Shown in pieces: positions 56,688-64,000 of a stretch of DNA of 64,000 bases (positions within the stretch are counted from its first letter, which is position 1; the number at the start of each line of letters is the position of its first letter). Under the pieces are notes generated by a model that made no database searches, was not told the origin of the DNA, and saw nothing but the letters and a program-made list of their open reading frames with translations. Made by a program: the position numbers and the translations under genes. The DNA is from a virus. The stretch spans positions 96,001 through 160,000 of the IMG/VR virus record IMGVR_UViG_3300033233_000004; one strand, written 5' to 3'.

Positions 56688-56724
56688 AGATGTGTACCAA
56701 TTATTCATTTCTTGGTACACGTCT
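56688..56724 (-). terminator. Intrinsic terminator after the modular-protein operon
   Basis: AGACGTGTACCAA...TTGGTACACATCT hairpin followed by ATTTTT. Confidence 0.55.
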
Positions 56725-56756
56725 AAGAAACATGTCCCTAACGGGTGCATGTTCAT

Positions 56757-59186
56757 TTACATGTATTCTGCCCAAAACTCTTGACTTTCGAGTTGTTTTA
56801 TAAACGCTGCTTTAGCTTCATCAACTTTGGTATCTATTTCATTGAATGCTTTATCCATTGCTTCGGCTGCATAAGCCAAGCCATTCCATATCTTGAATTC
56901 GGGTTCTTCGCCTTGTTCTACAAGAAGTTCAGCAGTGGAATTCAAATCTGGCTCTCTTTGCCACAGCGTCTCCCATATAATTTCTGCATAAGGTAAACCA
57001 AACTTAGACTCATTAATTACAAGTTGCAACCAACCGCCTGACCGACCAGTAATTTCATAACCTTCAATCCATGGATAAGTTTCCTTCAAACTTAATACAA
57101 AATCATAAAGAGTAGTTGCTGTGTTTTGTTGGATAATACTATTCATATTATCTGCACTTATAGCTAATCGTACATTGTCAGGAATATCTACTCTATAGTA
57201 TTTGACGTTGAATGCCAATTGTCCATCTACCTCATGGAAGTGACCGTTCTGTAAGAACGAAGCAATATTCTGATAAGCAGTATTTGCCTGAGTCTTTGCT
57301 ACATCAATTTGAGACGGCTGAGATATAATATCAGAGAACTTAAGAGAACCTACTAATTCCATTTCTGGTTCAGGTCGTGGAATAACATACTTAATCTTAT
57401 TCTTCTCTACTATACCAAATGATTCACTCCCATCATTCCAAATTACATACACAGAATCGCCTTCATCTTTAACCGCAGCACCCGTAGTGCCTTTTGGAAT
57501 TACTCCTTGTGTAGGAATAACGATGTCCTCCAACGCTTCTACTCGGTGAGATTTATCAGTTCTTTTTGGTGGTCTTCCTCTTCGCTTTGTTACTGGCTTA
57601 CCATAAGGATATGGATATTCCTCGAAATCAGGAGCGAGTGAGTCTATAAACTTACGTTCCAATGTTCTACCTACATAAGAGAACCTAAGACTGCCTATAC
57701 GCTCATCCTCATATGGATTGGTTCTCAATTGCTTTGGTCGTCCAGTTGATTTATTTTCACGAGATTTTTCAACCTTCTTTCCACATTTTTTACAAGTGTA
57801 AATATACTTGTCCCCAATAGCTAAAGGATATCCCATAGATATATGGCATTCTGGACACATTGTAGAAGCATAGACATCATGTCTATGTTCTTGTCCGATT
57901 TGGCTATCTCCACCTTCAAGCTCCAATTCTGGATATTCTTGTGGTTTGCCAGACATTGGTGTGGATGCCTCTGGTTGTGCATTATCCTCTGTTGGTGGCA
58001 TTGATGTATCTACACCTTCAGATAGACCCTCAAATACACCTTCACGGATAAGAAGGAATGGCTCATACATACGACTTACCAACCACGGTGATGTAGAGTT
58101 AAGGAATTTACCATTCTTTTGAGGTAGTAAAGCACGAAGAGAACGAGGCCCCGTGCCCGTCCAAGCTCCTTTGAAACGAATGAATCTCGATTGTCGGCGG
58201 GTAGGGGCATTCTCCAAGAGACGATCAATACGGATAAGGCTATTTGATGTTTGCCAAATTTGTCCTGCACGAGCAATATGCTTGAACTGTTCCCATGTAT
58301 ACTCACCTTGATGAATTGGTCGAGCAGAAGTTGTATTTAAAGAAGCTATTTTTTTCCACCAACCACGACCCCTAATAATGTGCTCTCCTTCTTCTTCTAC
58401 ATACAAGTCGCCTGCTACATAGCCTTGTCCAAGTAATTGGGCAATATAGTCAAGACTTACTTGGTCGTTAACAAGGTCATAATCGAGAGCATTCTTTCCT
58501 GTTAACTGCCACTCAATATCATCTCGTAATACAGTAACTACACCATGATTACTTTCATCCTCTTCATAGAAGTCTGGTAATCCAATTACATCTGCAAACT
58601 TCAACTCACCAGTCACAGCCATCAAATCCTTACGTAATGTAAATGGAAAGTCAGATGATATAAGTGTATTAGGCTGGCTCGGTGTTAGTCGCTGATTGTC
58701 GGCTGTACGCCACTGGATACCACTCATAACTATTCGATTATTGTCACGAGCAGTTACAGCAAAGTTTGGTTGTAGATGTAAGAAGTTACCAGATTGACTT
58801 TGCCACACCTGATTAGGAGCTACCATATTGGCAAAGTCTCCCATAGAGTTGGCAATTAATTTCTGTTGTGGTGCATTAGCAGTTGGCTGAACGGCTGGTT
58901 GTACCTCAGCAGCAGTCTTCTCTTCTGGCAAGAATTGAAGCTCTCTGATATTGACTGCCAAAGCTCCCATGTACGGTTTATCATCCCAATTTACAAACGC
59001 AGTGTCTCCCAACATATTGAAGATAGTACCTTTACTATTAGGTGGAAGATTCAAGTCGAAGTTCACATTCTTAAGAGCTACTCTGGCTCCTTTACCAAGA
59101 ATCGTAAAATGAGGTTGTCCAATGATGTCAGCAGTTTTTGGTCTGAATGGAAAATGTAATGGTATTATTTTATTGAGTAATTTCAT
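56757..59186 (-). CDS. Large modular (polyvalent-like) protein, probable internal virion protein
   Basis: ATGA-coupled start MKLLNK; KTADI/SLKFxD motifs; two SH3-like modules, Zn ribbon, AT-hook RRGRPPK. Confidence 0.6.
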   Translation of the reverse strand: MKLLNKIIPLHFPFRPKTADIIGQPHFTILGKGARVALKNVNFDLNLPPNSKGTIFNMLGDTAFVNWDDKPYMGALAVNIRELQFLPEEKTAAEVQPAVQPTANAPQQKLIANSMGDFANMVAPNQVWQSQSGNFLHLQPNFAVTARDNNRIVMSGIQWRTADNQRLTPSQPNTLISSDFPFTLRKDLMAVTGELKFADVIGLPDFYEEDESNHGVVTVLRDDIEWQLTGKNALDYDLVNDQVSLDYIAQLLGQGYVAGDLYVEEEGEHIIRGRGWWKKIASLNTTSARPIHQGEYTWEQFKHIARAGQIWQTSNSLIRIDRLLENAPTRRQSRFIRFKGAWTGTGPRSLRALLPQKNGKFLNSTSPWLVSRMYEPFLLIREGVFEGLSEGVDTSMPPTEDNAQPEASTPMSGKPQEYPELELEGGDSQIGQEHRHDVYASTMCPECHISMGYPLAIGDKYIYTCKKCGKKVEKSRENKSTGRPKQLRTNPYEDERIGSLRFSYVGRTLERKFIDSLAPDFEEYPYPYGKPVTKRRGRPPKRTDKSHRVEALEDIVIPTQGVIPKGTTGAAVKDEGDSVYVIWNDGSESFGIVEKNKIKYVIPRPEPEMELVGSLKFSDIISQPSQIDVAKTQANTAYQNIASFLQNGHFHEVDGQLAFNVKYYRVDIPDNVRLAISADNMNSIIQQNTATTLYDFVLSLKETYPWIEGYEITGRSGGWLQLVINESKFGLPYAEIIWETLWQREPDLNSTAELLVEQGEEPEFKIWNGLAYAAEAMDKAFNEIDTKVDEAKAAFIKQLESQEFWAEYM

Positions 59187-62100
59187 TTTTCTTCTTTCGG
59201 CTGTTGAACTACTTGTACAAAGCGAATCTGTGTCCAACCATCTTCCGTTGGAAACCCGGTGGATACGTCTTTATCGGGACTCATAGATTCTTCAAGAGAA
59301 TTACCAAATATACCATGCACTTGACCAAGCTCTGGATTAAGACTGGTAATCTTAACAAACCTATTAATATATTGACCTTGGAGTTGCGCTTGTCCTGCTC
59401 GTTGAAAAGACCATACTTGATTTTCACGTGCATACTGCCAAAAACGTTCTACATCCAATACTTGAGCACTAAGATATCCTATCCAATCAGCTTGTGTATT
59501 CATGTCTTCTCCAAACTTAAGTGATGCTACGGCTTCTTGCGTCGGTGTCGATTCTCCAACTTTCCGAGCTTCATATATCTCTTCATGTTGTTTTGGTGGA
59601 GTAAGACTATACGTGACATCACCAATCTTCACAGACAACTTTCTACCAAGGGCTGTAGATTCATTACGCTTAATTGTCCATGGTTGACCTTCATCATTAA
59701 TGTCTGTACGACGAACCATCCATACGTCATTTACTTGCATTTGTGCATACGCGTCAGCAAGTGGTATCCAAATCTCTGGTGGTTGACGTGGAATTTCATC
59801 CCATCCCATCTCTATAGTTTCACCCCGCTCGTGTTGACGCGTAGCTTCATCTGCCATGTCTTGTACTGGTGGTGGAACGTTTTCCAAAGGTTCACGTACA
59901 ACTTCCCCACCAGCATCAATAGGCGGAGTATCTGAATACGACCAACTTGTACCATGCCTAAAAGCAAGGTCGCTGGCAAAATTTTCAGCATCGGGTTGGT
60001 TATTAAAAGATGATACAAAAGTATCTACTTCATCAGTTGTATTTAACCACCAAACACCCCACTCTGAATTCCCCACATCCATAGGAGCTACAAGTAATGT
60101 ACGTTTTGATGTAGGTGTAATTGGGTCTTGTCCTAATTCACGGAAAGAGTCAATAATATCACCAAATTTCAAAGATGCAAAATGAGGGGGGAACTTATCG
60201 TAGATTTTCTGAGCCTTATCAATTTGGTCTTGTATCAAAGACTCGTTATAAGGCATAATCTCAGAAGGAGACAATATTTGCGTATTCCAAGAACCACCAA
60301 TCACACGTTTAGATGCATCAAATTCTACCACATAGAGAAAACCTTCATCTGGTATTTGTAACCATGGAGTACCACTACTTTTTCTCCAACTATTAAGAGT
60401 ACGAGTATATTGAGCTTGTCCACGTTCGTAAATCTTCTTAATAGTAGCAGGAATACCAGCAAGAAACCACACATGCCATGGTAAAGGCCAGTGCTTGGCT
60501 GCTTGCTCTACATCCAAAAGAATTCTATCACCAACTTTATAAGTCGAAAGTTGACTAATAATGTCTGCAAACTTAAGCGAGGCAACAGGATTAATCAATG
60601 GTTCTACTGGCAATGCATACCACCGAGCACCGACTAATCCATTGGTTCTTCGAAGCTGGATTTCGGCTGCATCTGGCTGTGCTTTGAAATAAACGATAAC
60701 GTCTGGCCCCGAAGAGCGATACTGGCTTTTTAAGTAACCAACATGTCCTTCTTGAATAGCCACCGCATGTATTTGCTTCACAACTCTATTATTATACCAC
60801 CCCAACATTCTATCACCACCATCAAAATATACAAGCGTACTCAATATAGAAGCTGGTTGTTCTGATTGTGGTGGCATCTCTGATTTTTCCTGCATAGATG
60901 GCTGTCCAATAATGTCAGCTTGCTTCATAAACTCGAACGTAAGTCCAGTATAGAGATGTGGTCTCAGTTCTTTCTCTGTTTGTGGCTGTGGTAATGTTTG
61001 TCCTTCATAATCAATCATTCTATATTGACTTGGGTCTGGCTTAGGGCGTGGGTGAGGCCAGTGTGCAGGTGCATAGAATTCATGCTCATTAAATGGACGT
61101 ACATGTTCATCGTCATAATGCATTTTCTTGAGCATGTTACGATACGCTGTTTCACCAGTCTCATTATAGTAATCTGGATGATAGTAATTTTCCATCAAGT
61201 CCCAACTAATGTATTCCATCGGGTCTATTTCATCAAATTCAGTATACCCCCGTTCTTCCATCAACTCTTCAAGCATGGCCTCATTGATAAATATGTCATC
61301 CCACGGTACAGTCCAACCATATGAGGCATACAGTATTTCTTCAACACCATGCTGATACAATGGGGTGCCTGTATCCAACCAACCTTCTACTTGAACAAGA
61401 TGTACACCATCAGCGAATTTCTTGGCATAGATAATCTTTGGGTTTTCCCACTCATCATTATCTTCCAGTAATTCCCAACCGTGTCTATGAGCATATCGAC
61501 TAATCTCAGTTTCAAACTCGGCAGTTATCTTATTATCTCGGTCAACTTCATGCTTCTTACGTGCCACAAACTTCTGAAATGATTCTACATGTTTCTTATG
61601 AGCATCTAACATCTGCTGTGGAGTCATACTCGGATAGTTCTCTTGAGAAACAGTTTGTGGCGGTGGATTTTCATTCTCTTCTATATCTTCGGATTCTGGT
61701 GGATGGACATACTCAGGATACTGGTCTGCTATTTCTTGAAGATACTCATCATAATCTTTTGGTTCGATGTTCTGAATGATGTCTGCTGTCTTGGATTTTC
61801 GATAATCATTCAAAACAAGTTCATATGGTTCTTCGTTTTTATGTACACGTACATTACCCATCTGGTCATCTTGGAAATTATTATGTAAACTTAATTCCCA
61901 TGTAGAATCAGAAATATCAAAATAATAATCTTTTATATACTTTGTTATTTGTGGGTGTTCACCAATATATAAATATTGAAGGCTACCTAAATGTGATTTC
62001 CATACTTGATATGGTCGTATCATTTTTGGTAAATCTTCCCATTTAATTATCGGTCGAAGTTGGTTAAGAATATCAGCCGTCTTTGTTGGTGATACATCTT

Positions 62101-62857
62101 TCAGTTTTTCAAACTCTTTCTTAAGCTCTTGATAACCTGCTGTATCCTGTTGATTCTTCTTTCGTAACAATTGTAATTGGTCAATCAATTGACGCTTACG
62201 GTCGTATTTTGAATCTGCAAACTTAAGACTTCCTTCACCTGCTAACAATCGACCTTCCCATGGAGTGAGATTTGTTACCAATCCATCATAGGTTGCTACA
62301 ACAATATGGTCATCCATACGATAATATTTATCATCAGAAGACTTCACATATAGAACTGAGTTAGCGGCTTCCTGTTCTTGATGTAATTGCATCCGCTCTT
62401 CAGCAGTTGGCATATATCCCAATTCGTATGCAGTAGGACGATGATATCTACGACTTTTATGTTGCACCACGAGTGGTATACCAGCATAACTAAGAAATCT
62501 ATTCATCATGATAGCTGTATATTTCGTATACCAACCACCATTGTCCAAGTCTACCTCATTAGGAAGGAATCTAATAATATCCGTATCATGATACTTAATA
62601 CGTATAGAGAAATCATCAGGTTCAAATCTCACAGTAATACCAGTAACAGGGTCATTAATCTTTTTACGGATGATAGTCTTGGATTCAATCTCAGTAGTTT
62701 CTGGCACTTTAAGTGTTTGAAAGAAGTCATTGAACATACGCTGATAAATCGGATGACCCATTTGTATACGATTCATTGGGTCAATCTGACTGATGATGTC
62801 CGCAGTTTTGGTCAACCCACTTATCAGCTTGTTCCATATGGTTTTAAACGTAATCAT
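59183..62857 (-). CDS. 1,224-aa modular protein with 8 KTADI/SLKFxD motifs
   Basis: Unrelated modules separated by the recurring motif. Confidence 0.65.
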   Translation of the reverse strand: MITFKTIWNKLISGLTKTADIISQIDPMNRIQMGHPIYQRMFNDFFQTLKVPETTEIESKTIIRKKINDPVTGITVRFEPDDFSIRIKYHDTDIIRFLPNEVDLDNGGWYTKYTAIMMNRFLSYAGIPLVVQHKSRRYHRPTAYELGYMPTAEERMQLHQEQEAANSVLYVKSSDDKYYRMDDHIVVATYDGLVTNLTPWEGRLLAGEGSLKFADSKYDRKRQLIDQLQLLRKKNQQDTAGYQELKKEFEKLKDVSPTKTADILNQLRPIIKWEDLPKMIRPYQVWKSHLGSLQYLYIGEHPQITKYIKDYYFDISDSTWELSLHNNFQDDQMGNVRVHKNEEPYELVLNDYRKSKTADIIQNIEPKDYDEYLQEIADQYPEYVHPPESEDIEENENPPPQTVSQENYPSMTPQQMLDAHKKHVESFQKFVARKKHEVDRDNKITAEFETEISRYAHRHGWELLEDNDEWENPKIIYAKKFADGVHLVQVEGWLDTGTPLYQHGVEEILYASYGWTVPWDDIFINEAMLEELMEERGYTEFDEIDPMEYISWDLMENYYHPDYYNETGETAYRNMLKKMHYDDEHVRPFNEHEFYAPAHWPHPRPKPDPSQYRMIDYEGQTLPQPQTEKELRPHLYTGLTFEFMKQADIIGQPSMQEKSEMPPQSEQPASILSTLVYFDGGDRMLGWYNNRVVKQIHAVAIQEGHVGYLKSQYRSSGPDVIVYFKAQPDAAEIQLRRTNGLVGARWYALPVEPLINPVASLKFADIISQLSTYKVGDRILLDVEQAAKHWPLPWHVWFLAGIPATIKKIYERGQAQYTRTLNSWRKSSGTPWLQIPDEGFLYVVEFDASKRVIGGSWNTQILSPSEIMPYNESLIQDQIDKAQKIYDKFPPHFASLKFGDIIDSFRELGQDPITPTSKRTLLVAPMDVGNSEWGVWWLNTTDEVDTFVSSFNNQPDAENFASDLAFRHGTSWSYSDTPPIDAGGEVVREPLENVPPPVQDMADEATRQHERGETIEMGWDEIPRQPPEIWIPLADAYAQMQVNDVWMVRRTDINDEGQPWTIKRNESTALGRKLSVKIGDVTYSLTPPKQHEEIYEARKVGESTPTQEAVASLKFGEDMNTQADWIGYLSAQVLDVERFWQYARENQVWSFQRAGQAQLQGQYINRFVKITSLNPELGQVHGIFGNSLEESMSPDKDVSTGFPTEDGWTQIRFVQVVQQPKEEK

Positions 62858-63975
62858 ACTTGCACTTCTTGTTCTTCGTCCTTTTTTATTAAATTAAACC
62901 TTGGATAATCAAGACAATCACGAACTGGTTGTGGCATGGTTGAAGTTTTAGAAGAGACTTTAATCAAGTCCGAATATACATTTTCGAACGGCATTTCCAT
63001 TGTTAACAATTGCACGGGTGGTTCATGAAGTTTACTATATACTCCAAATATAGCTGTCTTGTTTCGTAAATTAAAGCCTAAAAGAGTAATTGGACAATCA
63101 TACACAAAATTGTAAATGGTTGGATATCCTGCATCATAAACTTTCTGCTTGTAATCTGGAAGTAATTTCATATCCATATACTGCCATACTTGTTCAAAGG
63201 ACTCAGTATCAGTGATGAATTCAAACGAATCACCAATTCGATAAGTCCATACGTCACTTTGTTCCATATTCAAAATATCGGCTGTCTTGAATGCTTTGTC
63301 CACATTCTCCAATAGTTTAAGTACGCGCTTAGTATCTTCTTTTGAGTTGTTCCACTTCTTGAAATAGTCAACGTCGTTTTCAACTTTTATAATCATGTAT
63401 CCTACGTCTGGATTATTCTTGTTATAATAAGCAAGTAATTTCTGTGGGTCAATTTCTCCATAGCCATCATAGAATTTACCTTTATACCATACAAAAGCAT
63501 GTCCATCAGCACCGTAAGTTTCCATTTGTTCTGCATTTGTAGCATCTACAGCAAACAATTCTGCTCCAAATAATTTACGGAACGCTCTTGCTATAGCAAC
63601 GCAGTCACCGTTATCAACCAATGTCTCGGCTTGCAGTACTTCTTGATGTTTCTTGTCAAGAAATGGTAATGTTGTTCTGGTAGTATAAGGACGACGAGTT
63701 GCAGCTTCCTTAATGTTTCCTTGATATATACCCCTGTCGATTAGTATTTCATTAGGTGTATCTGGATAATAAGCTATGATACGATACGTTGGATATGATT
63801 CGGCAGAGACTTCACCGTATTCCTTGGCACTTCGTTTATCTTTCGTTACCCATATGAGTCGTTGTGCAGGGATAGATGCTAACGCCTTTTCTGACATAAG
63901 TACACGTAAATCCTTATTACCCAATTCATGACGTTCATAGTTTATGACATCAAGTGCAGTTTTATTTCTTGGCAT
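62854..63975 (-). CDS. Modular protein (ART-like + Cys-His-Asp papain/transglutaminase-like modules)
   Basis: IWVTKDKRSAKEYG; NGDCVAIA...GHAFV...FYDG; KTA motifs. Confidence 0.55.
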   Translation of the reverse strand: MPRNKTALDVINYERHELGNKDLRVLMSEKALASIPAQRLIWVTKDKRSAKEYGEVSAESYPTYRIIAYYPDTPNEILIDRGIYQGNIKEAATRRPYTTRTTLPFLDKKHQEVLQAETLVDNGDCVAIARAFRKLFGAELFAVDATNAEQMETYGADGHAFVWYKGKFYDGYGEIDPQKLLAYYNKNNPDVGYMIIKVENDVDYFKKWNNSKEDTKRVLKLLENVDKAFKTADILNMEQSDVWTYRIGDSFEFITDTESFEQVWQYMDMKLLPDYKQKVYDAGYPTIYNFVYDCPITLLGFNLRNKTAIFGVYSKLHEPPVQLLTMEMPFENVYSDLIKVSSKTSTMPQPVRDCLDYPRFNLIKKDEEQEVQV

Positions 63976-64000
63976 TGCACTGTCAGGGCCACCACGATAG

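Overview
This 64-kb window comes from a large (jumbo/huge-type) myophage genome, with almost all genes on the minus strand. From left to right: (1) 1-16.7 kb is a virion module with the tape-measure start, tail chaperones, tube, sheath, neck, a CHAP endolysin and holins, decoration proteins, a scaffold-like protein, and a major capsid gene split by a 1,024-nt group I intron that carries a LAGLIDADG endonuclease. (2) 16.9-27.3 kb holds early genes for RNA repair and translation support (phosphatase, kinase, nucleotidyltransferase, peptide deformylase, CCA enzyme, a bS21-like protein). (3) 27.3-44.3 kb is an RNA array of about 35 tRNAs covering all 20 amino acids, a tmRNA, a miniature RNase P RNA, several unexplained structured RNAs, HNH genes, and three genes arranged like integron cassettes, each flanked by its own inverted repeat. 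(4) 47.1-48.7 kb is a minimal type V-like CRISPR locus: a 426-aa TnpB/Cas12f-like nuclease followed by a 4-repeat array. One spacer matches the nuclease's own RuvC-III coding sequence at 32/36 nt, and its three internal mismatches are all synonymous. (5) ThyX and a class II ribonucleotide reductase follow. (6) 56.7-64 kb encodes three coupled modular proteins punctuated by a recurrent KTADI/SLKFADI motif. All calls were made by eye from motifs; no database searches or folding programs were run, and the host cannot be assigned.
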